This document shows positions 28,074 to 38,761 of a stretch of 64,000 bases of DNA, piece after piece (position 1 is the stretch's first letter; each line of letters opens with the position of its first letter). The position numbers and the translations under genes were made by a program. The DNA comes from Bradymonadia bacterium (GTDB lineage: Bacteria > Myxococcota_A > Bradymonadia > UBA7976 > UBA1532): positions 349,449 to 413,448 of the forward strand of contig JBKAGE010000037.1 of the NCBI GenBank assembly GCA_046290225.1. The letters run 5' to 3'. The notes beneath the pieces were generated by a model. That model worked only from the letters and a program-made list of their open reading frames with translations. It was not told the DNA's origin and did no database searches.

Positions 28074-29375
28074 ATGTCGCGGTGGTCTCTGTGCCTCGCC
28101 CTGGCCCTGCTGGGCTGTGTCGATCGACAAAGCACACTCGATGGCGATCCAGGTGGTGACACTGCTGATGCTGGGGCACCCCTCGGCGGCGCAGCAGGTG
28201 CCCCAGCAGGCGGCGCGGGTGGCGCAGGGCCAGATGGTGGCACCCCAGACATGGGTGTCGTCGTGGGCCCGGGCGTCGACTGCGAGGGCACGCCACAGAT
28301 CGCTCAACTCGATCAGCAGAATCAGAGCACCATCGGGCCGAGTATGGGCTTCGTGGGCAACACGCTGGTCTTCACAGAGTGGGTCAGTGGCCAGGACGAC
28401 CTGCGTCTCGTCGACGAGACCGGAGCGCCCATCTTCGAAGATGACGCTCGAAACGTGCAGATCATGGGCGGGGGTGCAGGCACGATCATCGGCACAACGG
28501 GCTCGAGTGATCGCTGGGCACCCTTCATCGGGACGGTCGAAACAGGTCGGTTGCTCGATGGTCGACTGAGCTCTCCATCCCAGTTGGGCCGGTGGTTCTC
28601 CGGGCCTTTCTTCGGCGTATGGCAAGAAGGCCAGCGCCAAGTCTGGCGATGGGACACCGAGCTGGGTACTCGACAGCTCAGCGGTGATGGCACCCAGCTG
28701 CTCGATGCCGAGTCATATGGCACGCTCACCTATGATGCAGACGAGAAGGCCCTCGTCTTCTTCGGGGAGTTCGATGGTCAGCTGTTCATCCCCATCGATC
28801 TGCCGCCCTTGTATGGTGCCTTCCACCGCCGCGCGGTCTACTGGATCGACATCGAAGGCTTCCTCTGGCGCGTCCAGCTGGACTCCGGCCGACTCGACCA
28901 GCTCGCAGAGGCGTGCACTCAGCTCGTCACCGATGGAGATCTCATGGTGGCGTCGTGCGCCACCGACTCCGCCGTTCGCCCTGGCAGCGCGCTGGCGCTC
29001 GTCATGGAGTCCTCGGAGGCGCCAGCGGACGGCTCGGACCTCGTGCTCACCACCCTCGCCCTCGACGCCGCCTATGTGGCCGCCGTCGCCACCAACGGCA
29101 AGTTCGTGGCCTGGGCCGCCTACGACGATCCCGACGCGTGGTGCCAGGACTTCGACACTTTGGGCCGATTGATGGTGCTCACCCGACTCGATGGCAGCCT
29201 CAGCCCCACACAGGTCGACGCCCTCGGCGTCGGCTGCATCTGCTGCGGCGCTTTCTGGCCCGAGATGTGGCTGCAGTTTTCCGGCGACTGGCTGGGCTGG
29301 AACTACGCCATCGACCCCGAGGTGATGAACGAGAGGCGAGACATCAAGGCGGCGAAGGTGGAGATCTGTCGATGA
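28074..29375 (+). CDS. Lipoprotein, paralogue 2 of a tandem triplet
   Basis: LLG-CVDR; GCICCGAFWPEMWL; ends ICR. Confidence 0.75.
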   Translation: MSRWSLCLALALLGCVDRQSTLDGDPGGDTADAGAPLGGAAGAPAGGAGGAGPDGGTPDMGVVVGPGVDCEGTPQIAQLDQQNQSTIGPSMGFVGNTLVFTEWVSGQDDLRLVDETGAPIFEDDARNVQIMGGGAGTIIGTTGSSDRWAPFIGTVETGRLLDGRLSSPSQLGRWFSGPFFGVWQEGQRQVWRWDTELGTRQLSGDGTQLLDAESYGTLTYDADEKALVFFGEFDGQLFIPIDLPPLYGAFHRRAVYWIDIEGFLWRVQLDSGRLDQLAEACTQLVTDGDLMVASCATDSAVRPGSALALVMESSEAPADGSDLVLTTLALDAAYVAAVATNGKFVAWAAYDDPDAWCQDFDTLGRLMVLTRLDGSLSPTQVDALGVGCICCGAFWPEMWLQFSGDWLGWNYAIDPEVMNERRDIKAAKVEICR

Positions 29376-30742
29376 GCGCCCGTACGCCCATCGCGGCGTT
29401 CTGGATGTGCGCGCTGGCGGCCTCGGGGTGTGTGGAGCGCGCGACGACGCTGGACACCGAGACGCCCCCTGCGGGAGAGCCCCCTGCAGGAGAGCGCCCC
29501 ACGGCGTGCACCCCAAGGCAGAACTCCGTCTCATTGCCGACCTACATCAACGGCGTCGACGAAGCGCAGCCCTTCGGCACGCCGGCGTTCATCAACGGGC
29601 GCTTCGTCTATCCGGAACTGGGCCAGGGTGAGCGTCACGTGGTGGTCGACGACACGGGTGAAACATTGCTGTCCAACCCTGGCGCCGAGCTGAGCGACTT
29701 CTTCATCATGCCTGGGCAGAGCGGGACGGCACTGGTCTGGCAATCGATCGACGCCGACCCGCCCCACGTGGACATGTACCACCTCGACGCTCAGGGCACC
29801 TCGTATCTGACCACCGAGAGACAGCCTGAGGGCCTCAGGGTCGTGACCCCCCACTCTGTGGGCCGAGGCTTTGCAGTGTGGCGCCAGCACCCGCCGCCCG
29901 GCCAGCTGGGCGCAGGGGGGACTCGGATTTGGTGGTGGGGCCCAGATCTCGGCGCCATGCCCACTGATCTGCCAGGCACCCGCATGGCTCGCCTCCATGG
30001 CACGGATCGCTCTGTCTTTCACTTCACCCCAGACTCAGAAGGGCAGTTTGGGCAATTGCTGAGATGGCGCCCTGGTGAGGGCACCATCGAGCTGGCCACA
30101 GACGTACGATGGCTGCACGCCGATGGCGAGCGCGCGCTCCTGCAAGGCCAGGATGAGCACCTGTACGTCATCGACGAGAACAACATCGAGATCTGGCGCT
30201 CTACGACCCCCGTCGGGTTCACCACCTGGGCTCAACTCGCTGGCGACTTCGTGTATTGGCGCAGTGAGACCAACTCATTGCTACAGGCCTTGATCGGCAA
30301 TGAGCTACTACTGGAAGTGTGCCCAGACACGCTGCGCTCCTGGTTCGTGGCCGGAGATCGAGTGGTGGCTGCGTGCAAAGCCGATGGCCAGCCGGGGCAA
30401 ATCGTCACTGTGAGCCCCACCGGCGACACCAGCTGGCCCATCGAAGCCGACGCGCGGTGGCCTTTGGTCACCACCGACGGTCAACGCGTCGCTTGGGTCG
30501 AAACCAACGGCATTTGCGGAGAAGGCAACACCTCCCGGCTCATGGTGGATATCGATCCAGAAGATGACCGCCCAGCGTATGTCGCGGCAGAGATCGACAG
30601 CTCGGATTGTGAGGCGGAGTACGCCCATGCCATCAGCTTCGCCGATGACTGGTTGCTCTTCGGTCGCTCTGTGCAGACACAAATCAGGGCCCTGAACGAG
30701 CCCGATGCGTCGCTCTGGCACCGCGTGGAACTCTGCCCATAA
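29372..30742 (+). CDS. Lipoprotein, paralogue 3 of a tandem triplet (more divergent)
   Basis: ATGA overlap; ASG-CVER; VTTDGQRVAW matches VATDGTAVAW/VATNGKFVAW; ends LCP. Confidence 0.7.
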   Translation: MSARTPIAAFWMCALAASGCVERATTLDTETPPAGEPPAGERPTACTPRQNSVSLPTYINGVDEAQPFGTPAFINGRFVYPELGQGERHVVVDDTGETLLSNPGAELSDFFIMPGQSGTALVWQSIDADPPHVDMYHLDAQGTSYLTTERQPEGLRVVTPHSVGRGFAVWRQHPPPGQLGAGGTRIWWWGPDLGAMPTDLPGTRMARLHGTDRSVFHFTPDSEGQFGQLLRWRPGEGTIELATDVRWLHADGERALLQGQDEHLYVIDENNIEIWRSTTPVGFTTWAQLAGDFVYWRSETNSLLQALIGNELLLEVCPDTLRSWFVAGDRVVAACKADGQPGQIVTVSPTGDTSWPIEADARWPLVTTDGQRVAWVETNGICGEGNTSRLMVDIDPEDDRPAYVAAEIDSSDCEAEYAHAISFADDWLLFGRSVQTQIRALNEPDASLWHRVELCP

Positions 30743-30756
30743 TGCGGGCGTGAAGA

Positions 30757-33015
30757 TCAGCGGAGGGCGAAGCCGTACTTGTCGGCGAGGGCCTCGAGGG
30801 CCATGGGCTTGCAAAAGTGATAGCCCTGCAGCCAGCGCACACCCATGTTGGTACAGGTGACCGCCTCTTCTGGACGCTCGATGCCTTCCGCCACCGTGTC
30901 GATGCCGTGTCGTCCAGCGTATTCCACCAACAAGCGGACCATCTCCGCCTTGCGGTCGTCTTTGTCGAGGCCCGACACCAGCGAGATGTCGAGCTTGAGC
31001 ACCTCAGGCTCCACCGCCACCACCGCAGCGAGAGAGTTGTAACCTGCGCCCACATCGTCGAGGGCTAGGCGGAAGCCCACCTCGCGGAGACGCTCCACCG
31101 CAGCGGCCTGCGCCGGATCAGTCCCCAGGCGGGCGCGCTCGGTCATCTCGAGGATGACCTGACCCGCCACCGGGTAGAGATCGCCGAGCACAGCATCCAC
31201 ATGGTGCACGCTCGTCACCAGCCCCGGATCGACGTTCACGAAGAGCAGCATGTGCTCTGGCAGCTGCAAGCGAATACGCTGTGCCAGACGTGTCAGCACC
31301 TTCTGAAGGGCGATGTCCCGATCGAAGGTCTTGGCGGCGTCGAGGATGTCGAGGGGACCACGGAAGTCGGGGTGCAGGCTGCGCATCAGGGCCTCACAGG
31401 CCACGATTTGCCGTGTGCGGGCATCGAAGATGGGCTGCAGATGCAAAGTGAGCTTCTCACCTGCCAGCATGTCTTCGAACCGTGCCCTGAGCGTCTCGTC
31501 GTCAGGTGACAGACGACCTGTCGACAGCTGACGGCGCTCTTGCACCACAGCATCGATGCACCGCTTGAGGACCGAGTACTCAGACCCCTTCTGGATGTAG
31601 CGGTGCACCACGCCCTGGTTGAAGGCATCCACCACCTCGGTGTCGGCGCCAAAAGCCGTGTAGAGCATACGGCTGGTCCGGGGCGCCAGACTGCGGGTGC
31701 GACCCAGAACCTCGAGACCTCGCATGCCCGAGGGCGTGAGGTTGGCGTCGCACAGCACCAGATCCGGGGGCGGCTCGGCGAGCGGCAGCGACTTGAGCAT
31801 CGCCTCACCGGACTCGAAGAGTTTGGTGTCGTGACCCCACATGCGCAGCAAGCGTGCAGTGGCCTTGAGCACCATGGGCTCGTCGTCCACGAGCCAGACG
31901 TTCAAACGGGCGTGATCCACGCGGGGCATCGCCGCGCCGTCGTCGAACTCGCCGTTGTTGATCAAATTGGGCCAGACCGTACGCACGAGCAGGCCGCCCT
32001 CGTCCCGGGGCGCCAGCTCGAGCTGGCCACCATGGGCCTTCAGCACCTCGTCGACGTAGGCCAGACCCACCTGCTCCTCTGCGAGCTGATAGTTGCCTGC
32101 AGCGAGCTCCTCGGAAAGGCCCGGGCCGCGATCACCGACCTCCACAACGAGGCGACGGCCGTCGATGCGGACCTTCAGCTCTGCGGTGCCTTCACCATAT
32201 ACCTGGGCGTTCAGCAGAAGGTGCTCCAGCACACGGCGGAACATCACCGGATCAGCTTCGAGCTCGGGATCAGCATTTCGGGGCAGCCAGGTCACCATCC
32301 CTGCGGCAAACCCGACAGCCGCCGATGCTTCTCGGATCAGCTCGCGCACCTTTACAGACTGCGTCTCGGGTGCCTGTACGTTCACCAGCTCGCCGTGCGT
32401 GCGCCGCACCTGCTCGATGCGTTTGAGCGCCATCCTCGAGGAGGCCATGAGGGCGTCGAGGTCCCGACGTCCTGCCGGCGAGAGCAGCTCCACATTCGAC
32501 ATCTGCTCGATGCGTTGCTGCATGGCCATCAGGCCAGCGCGCACATCGTGAATCATCACCTGGGCGAGGATCTGCGCCCCATCCTCGTCGCTGTCGGACT
32601 TCAACGGCGCCTCCTCACCCTCGAGCGACTGCATGGTGCCCAACGCAGCCCGAAGCGCCTCCTGTGTCAGAGGGTTCGGCAAGTGAGCGTCCGCGATTTC
32701 TTCGGAGATCTCGCGCTGAGCGGAGTCCATCTGCGGTGGGTGAGCTCCATCCAGAGTCACCACCTTCGAGCCTTCAGGGGCCAACATCGACTTCATGCGT
32801 TTGATGATCTCCACTCCAGGCGCCGTGGCGAGATCAATGAGCACAGCGACAAAACTCGCGCCCGACTCCATCGCCTCGAGGATCGGCCCAGGCTCTGGAA
32901 AGAGCTGAACCTCGAACCCGTCATCGGCGAGCCAGCGTCGAACATCGGACAAGCCCTCGCGGCCGTGGAGCACGGCGAGGGTCTTGTTCTGAGAAGTCAG
33001 TGCATGTGCGTTCAT
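30757..33015 (-). CDS. Hybrid signalling protein: degenerate REC + histidine kinase + REC + EAL phosphodiesterase
   Basis: HDVR H-box, N-box, DRGPG, LVDDEP/LCD receiver, EALMR, EMTE, DDVGAGYNSL, KLD, EGIE, QGY. Confidence 0.85.
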   Translation of the reverse strand: MNAHALTSQNKTLAVLHGREGLSDVRRWLADDGFEVQLFPEPGPILEAMESGASFVAVLIDLATAPGVEIIKRMKSMLAPEGSKVVTLDGAHPPQMDSAQREISEEIADAHLPNPLTQEALRAALGTMQSLEGEEAPLKSDSDEDGAQILAQVMIHDVRAGLMAMQQRIEQMSNVELLSPAGRRDLDALMASSRMALKRIEQVRRTHGELVNVQAPETQSVKVRELIREASAAVGFAAGMVTWLPRNADPELEADPVMFRRVLEHLLLNAQVYGEGTAELKVRIDGRRLVVEVGDRGPGLSEELAAGNYQLAEEQVGLAYVDEVLKAHGGQLELAPRDEGGLLVRTVWPNLINNGEFDDGAAMPRVDHARLNVWLVDDEPMVLKATARLLRMWGHDTKLFESGEAMLKSLPLAEPPPDLVLCDANLTPSGMRGLEVLGRTRSLAPRTSRMLYTAFGADTEVVDAFNQGVVHRYIQKGSEYSVLKRCIDAVVQERRQLSTGRLSPDDETLRARFEDMLAGEKLTLHLQPIFDARTRQIVACEALMRSLHPDFRGPLDILDAAKTFDRDIALQKVLTRLAQRIRLQLPEHMLLFVNVDPGLVTSVHHVDAVLGDLYPVAGQVILEMTERARLGTDPAQAAAVERLREVGFRLALDDVGAGYNSLAAVVAVEPEVLKLDISLVSGLDKDDRKAEMVRLLVEYAGRHGIDTVAEGIERPEEAVTCTNMGVRWLQGYHFCKPMALEALADKYGFALR

Positions 33016-33136
33016 GATCACCAGGGCCTGAGCTACACCACGTACAGGCATCAGGGGCAGATAACGTCATGCACATCGGTCAACTTGAGGAGGGATCGCC
33101 CAGAGAGCCCAAGGTGGGTCATCGGCTCGGAGCAGG

Positions 33137-34540
<1,404 letters not shown>

Positions 34541-34892
34541 CAGGACCTCACATCATGCTCGGGGGCCCTCGAGGGCCACCCAGGATGGGCAAAAATCAGG
34601 CCTCGCCAACAGGTGCACATCGCACCACCAGCGCGGCTCAACAATCAAAAATCGGCACGAAGATTCTAAAAGGCTGCCTCAGCGGGCGCGCCAGGGGTCA
34701 GCCGTCGAGGACGTCGGGCTGATGGAGGACGTTGGTGAAGAACCACATGCACACGAAGATAGCTGTGGCCCCCAGAGGTCGTCAACGATCGAACGTGCAC
34801 ATCATCTCAAACTTCTGATGTCCCACTCAGCTCGAAACACGCTACAGTCGGCAGGCTGTGCATCCTGACCCCACACTTGTTATCCTTACTCC

Positions 34893-36905
34893 GTGAACAC
34901 ATCTCACACCATGAATCTGGTTCAACAACTCAGCCAGATCAACGAGCGCCTGACTCGAATCACCACACTGGACTCATTGTCTCGCGAGATCGTGGGGATG
35001 ATCGAAGACATCGTGGGCGTGGAGTATTCCGGCGTCTATTTTCTCGATCCTGTTCAGGGTCGATTCAGGCTGCCGTACCTGAAAGGGTTCACCCCCGAAG
35101 AGCGCGTAATCGCTGAGGCCACCGCCCACGAACGCCACCCGGGACGGGTCGTACGCACTGGAAAGCCAGTGCACATTCGCGACACCCAATCTCCAGAGTC
35201 GCCGCCTTCGGACGAGAGCCCGCGCAGCTTCGTCGTGCGCTCGAGGCTCTGGCTGCCCATGATCTCTCAAGGTCAGTGTGTGGGCTCGGTGGGCATGGCC
35301 AGCGCCCATGTGGACCACTTCACAGACACACATATAGAGGTCATGCAATATGTCTGCAACGTGGCCGCGGTGGTGTATCAAAACATTACAACTCAGCAAG
35401 CGCTGAAGCAGGCAAAAGAGCAAGCTGAAGCGGCCAATGACGCCAAAGGTGCGTTCCTCGCCACCGTCAGTCACGAGCTGCGCACGCCGCTCAATGGCAT
35501 CATTGGCATGTCGGATCTATTGCTCGATGCCACCTTGGGCAATGAGCAGCGGCAAATGGCCGAGGTGATCCGCAACTCGGCAGACACCCTGCTCGATCTC
35601 ATCAATGATCTGCTCGACTTCTCCAGGCTCGAAGCGGGGCAGGTCAGCCTCGACCCCGAGACTTTCTCGGCGCATCAAATCGTAGATGAGGTGTGCGATC
35701 TCGTGATGCCCCGGGTGAAAGAGAAACAACTGAGTGTGCTCAGCTGGATCTCACCTGACGTGCCATCGAAGCTGCATGGTGACGGACGCCGCCTCAAGCA
35801 GGTCCTGCTCAACCTGCTGGGCAACGCCGTCAAATTCACCGACACAGGCCATGTCCAGCTCACGCTCACTGTGGGCGACGAGTCCGCTGATGGCTGTGTA
35901 CCACTGCGTTGTGAGGTCGAAGACACCGGCGTAGGGATCCCGCCCGATCGCATCCCGCAGCTCTTCACCCGGTTCTTCCAAGGCGACGCGTCGGTGACCC
36001 GGCGCTTTGGCGGCACCGGCCTGGGTCTGGCCATCTCTCGAGCCCTCGTCGACTTGATGGGTGGTGAGATCGACCTGCTCCACAGCACACCCGGTGAAGG
36101 CTCGACGTTCTACTTCACGATCCCCTTGCCCGCTGTGGCGCCCCCGACCCCGTGGCCAGATCTGAATGCACACCCGGTCTACCTCTTCATGGAGGACCGG
36201 CCTGAACGCACGCTGCTGCAAAAACATCTCACCCAGATGAATGCCCAGCTGGTGATCAACCCCACCGATCTCGGCGCTCTGCCCAAACCCTATGCATGTG
36301 TGGTGGACACCACCTGGGCCGACGTCTCCCCCATGCAGCTGGCCACCGAGTGTCGCACCCATTGGGGCAATGACGTGCTGACCATAGGCCTGTCGGTGGT
36401 GGGCAAGGGCAACCACCACCGGGCCTTCTTCAGCAAAATGCTGTACCTGCCTCTCAAACAGCGCGCGCTCCACGACGCGTTCAGTCTCGATGAACAGCCA
36501 GACCAGCATGTCCTGGTGGTGGACGACAACCCAGTGAATCGCATGGTGGCCGGGCGCTTCTGCGAGCGGTTGGGCTACACCACCTTGATGGCCTCGAATG
36601 GTACCGAGGCCCTGTCGATTCTCGAACGGCAGTCATCCATGACGGTCCTGATGGATGTACGCATGCCCCCACCTGACGGCATCGAGACGGTCCGGCTGAT
36701 TCGCCAGCATGACCTGCCCCAGGTGGCCTCGAGCCACATCATCATGCTGTCTGCCGATGCGCTCTCCGAGACCCGATACCAATGTATGCGGGCCGGCGCC
36801 GACGTCGTGCTCAACAAGCCACTCTCTCTGGAGAGTTTGCGCTACGCCCTCGCCACGAATGCATTGTCGAGCAGAGGGCGCCTCTCAAAGAAGCCCCGCA
36901 GCTGA
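34893..36905 (+). CDS. Cytoplasmic GAF-domain hybrid sensor histidine kinase/response regulator
   Basis: [44 protein letters not shown]...MDVRMP; start 34893 or 34911. Confidence 0.92.
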   Translation: MNTSHTMNLVQQLSQINERLTRITTLDSLSREIVGMIEDIVGVEYSGVYFLDPVQGRFRLPYLKGFTPEERVIAEATAHERHPGRVVRTGKPVHIRDTQSPESPPSDESPRSFVVRSRLWLPMISQGQCVGSVGMASAHVDHFTDTHIEVMQYVCNVAAVVYQNITTQQALKQAKEQAEAANDAKGAFLATVSHELRTPLNGIIGMSDLLLDATLGNEQRQMAEVIRNSADTLLDLINDLLDFSRLEAGQVSLDPETFSAHQIVDEVCDLVMPRVKEKQLSVLSWISPDVPSKLHGDGRRLKQVLLNLLGNAVKFTDTGHVQLTLTVGDESADGCVPLRCEVEDTGVGIPPDRIPQLFTRFFQGDASVTRRFGGTGLGLAISRALVDLMGGEIDLLHSTPGEGSTFYFTIPLPAVAPPTPWPDLNAHPVYLFMEDRPERTLLQKHLTQMNAQLVINPTDLGALPKPYACVVDTTWADVSPMQLATECRTHWGNDVLTIGLSVVGKGNHHRAFFSKMLYLPLKQRALHDAFSLDEQPDQHVLVVDDNPVNRMVAGRFCERLGYTTLMASNGTEALSILERQSSMTVLMDVRMPPPDGIETVRLIRQHDLPQVASSHIIMLSADALSETRYQCMRAGADVVLNKPLSLESLRYALATNALSSRGRLSKKPRS

Positions 36906-36976
36906 TCATCAAGCCCCCACGGCACTCGTAACCATTTTGAGTCATTTTTTGCACACAGTGAGCCGATGCTCACTCT

Positions 36977-38761
36977 ATGAGCGCACATCCACCTCAACGT
37001 AAGCACATGCGGCTTGGTGATCTCCTCATCGACTCGGGGCGGATCACACCAGAGCAGCTGCAAGAGGCCATTCACCTTCAAAAACGGACTGGGGAACGCC
37101 TCGGCAGCGCTTTGGTGCGTGCCGGCTACATCACCGAAGATGTCTTGATCGCAGCGCTCTCGGGCCAGCTCGGCGTCGAGGCCGCCACCGAGGCCGATCT
37201 CGACATCGACCCCGAGATCGTCAAGCACTTGTCCGAGGAGTTCGTCAAACGGTTCGAGGTGGTGCCGGTGCGTATGTCACCGGACGGGCGCACCCTCACC
37301 GTGGCCACCGCCACCCCCAACAATCTGTCCCTTGTGGACGAGATCAGATTCGTCACCGGCATCAACGACGTCCGCACTGTCGTTGCCACCGAGATGGCCA
37401 TTCGCCGGGTGATCGAGCAGCACTACAGCACCCACTCGCTGCTGGAAGAGGTCATCCAGAGCGGCAACCTCTACGAGAAGGCGCTCCACGAGGTCAAACA
37501 GTCGGACAACGACGTTCAGTCCGAGAGCGACGTACTCCAGCTGCAAGTGGAGAGCGAAGCCCAACCCATCGTGGCATTGGTGAACTACCTGCTCATCGAG
37601 GCGGTGCGTCGACGGGCGAGCGACATCCACATCGAGCCCTATGAAGACCACTTTCGCATTCGCATGCGCATCGACGGCATCTTGCACCATGTGTTGTCGC
37701 CGCCTCAGAGCCTGCACCGACCCTTGATCAGCCGGTGCAAGATCGTCGCGGGCATGGACATCGCGAAGAACCGGATCCCTCAAGATGGTCACATCGGCCT
37801 CGAGTACACCGGCGAGGTGCTGCACTACCGCGTAAGCACCTTGCCTACGGTGTACGGCGAGAAGTGCGTGATCCGTCTGTTGAAGAAAGATCAGGCCCTC
37901 GCCGATCTCACGCGTCTGGGGATCCCGGGGCCTGTCCTCGCCGAGCTCCAAGGCACGATCCGGCTGCCTCAAGGCATGGTGCTGGTCACAGGCCCTACAG
38001 GATCAGGCAAGACCACCACGGTGCACGCCGCCCTCAATTCCATCAACAGCGTCGAGACCAACGTGGTCACCCTCGAAGATCCGGTGGAGGCGAGCATCTC
38101 CGGCATCAACCACGTGCAGATCCACAACCGTGCTGGGCTCACCTTCATGGGGGGCCTGCGATCGATCCTGCGACAGGATCCAGATGTGGTGTTCATCGGT
38201 GAGATCCGAGATCGCGAGGTGGCGGCCATCGCCATGGAGGCCGCCATGACCGGCCACATGGTCTTCAGCACCCTGCACACGAACGGCGCCATGGAGACCC
38301 TCACCCGCCTCGACGACATGGGGGTGGAGATGTTCCTCATCGCCGGAGCCCTCAAGGCCATCCTCGCCCAACGCCTGATTCGACGGGTGTGCCCTCAGTG
38401 CAAGGTGCCCACCGATCCGCCCATGGAGCAGCTGCTCAAGATGGGGGTGCACCCTCAGCAGATACGCACGGGGCGCTTCTTCAAGGGGCAAGGGTGCAAT
38501 CACTGTATGAACAGCGGCTACAAGGGCCGAGTCGCCGCCTACGAAGTGCTGTTCGTGAGCGATCGCATCCGAGAGATGATCCGCACCCGACAATCAGTGG
38601 AGGACATCGCCGTCGTGGCCCGAGAAGAGGGCTTCACCACATTGCTCGACGCCGGGATGGAGCTGGTCCTCTCGGGGCTGACGACGCTGGCCGAGCTGCA
38701 TCGAGCCATCGGTATGGGCCAGATCAGCCAGTCTTCAGGGCGCCAGCCCGCCTCGCTCTGA
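36977..38761 (+). CDS. GspE/PilB-family secretion/pilus assembly ATPase with N-terminal MshEN domain
   Basis: RLGDLL..G.IT..QL...Q...RLG; ASDIHIEP; GPTGSGKTT; LRQDPD; TGH..FSTLHTN; CxxC...CxxC. Confidence 0.92.
   Translation: MSAHPPQRKHMRLGDLLIDSGRITPEQLQEAIHLQKRTGERLGSALVRAGYITEDVLIAALSGQLGVEAATEADLDIDPEIVKHLSEEFVKRFEVVPVRMSPDGRTLTVATATPNNLSLVDEIRFVTGINDVRTVVATEMAIRRVIEQHYSTHSLLEEVIQSGNLYEKALHEVKQSDNDVQSESDVLQLQVESEAQPIVALVNYLLIEAVRRRASDIHIEPYEDHFRIRMRIDGILHHVLSPPQSLHRPLISRCKIVAGMDIAKNRIPQDGHIGLEYTGEVLHYRVSTLPTVYGEKCVIRLLKKDQALADLTRLGIPGPVLAELQGTIRLPQGMVLVTGPTGSGKTTTVHAALNSINSVETNVVTLEDPVEASISGINHVQIHNRAGLTFMGGLRSILRQDPDVVFIGEIRDREVAAIAMEAAMTGHMVFSTLHTNGAMETLTRLDDMGVEMFLIAGALKAILAQRLIRRVCPQCKVPTDPPMEQLLKMGVHPQQIRTGRFFKGQGCNHCMNSGYKGRVAAYEVLFVSDRIREMIRTRQSVEDIAVVAREEGFTTLLDAGMELVLSGLTTLAELHRAIGMGQISQSSGRQPASL

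Noticed and set aside
34697..34800. Short minus-strand ORF upstream of kamA as a leader peptide
   Set aside because: No clear RBS, no Lys-rich or attenuator signature; not distinguishable from chance
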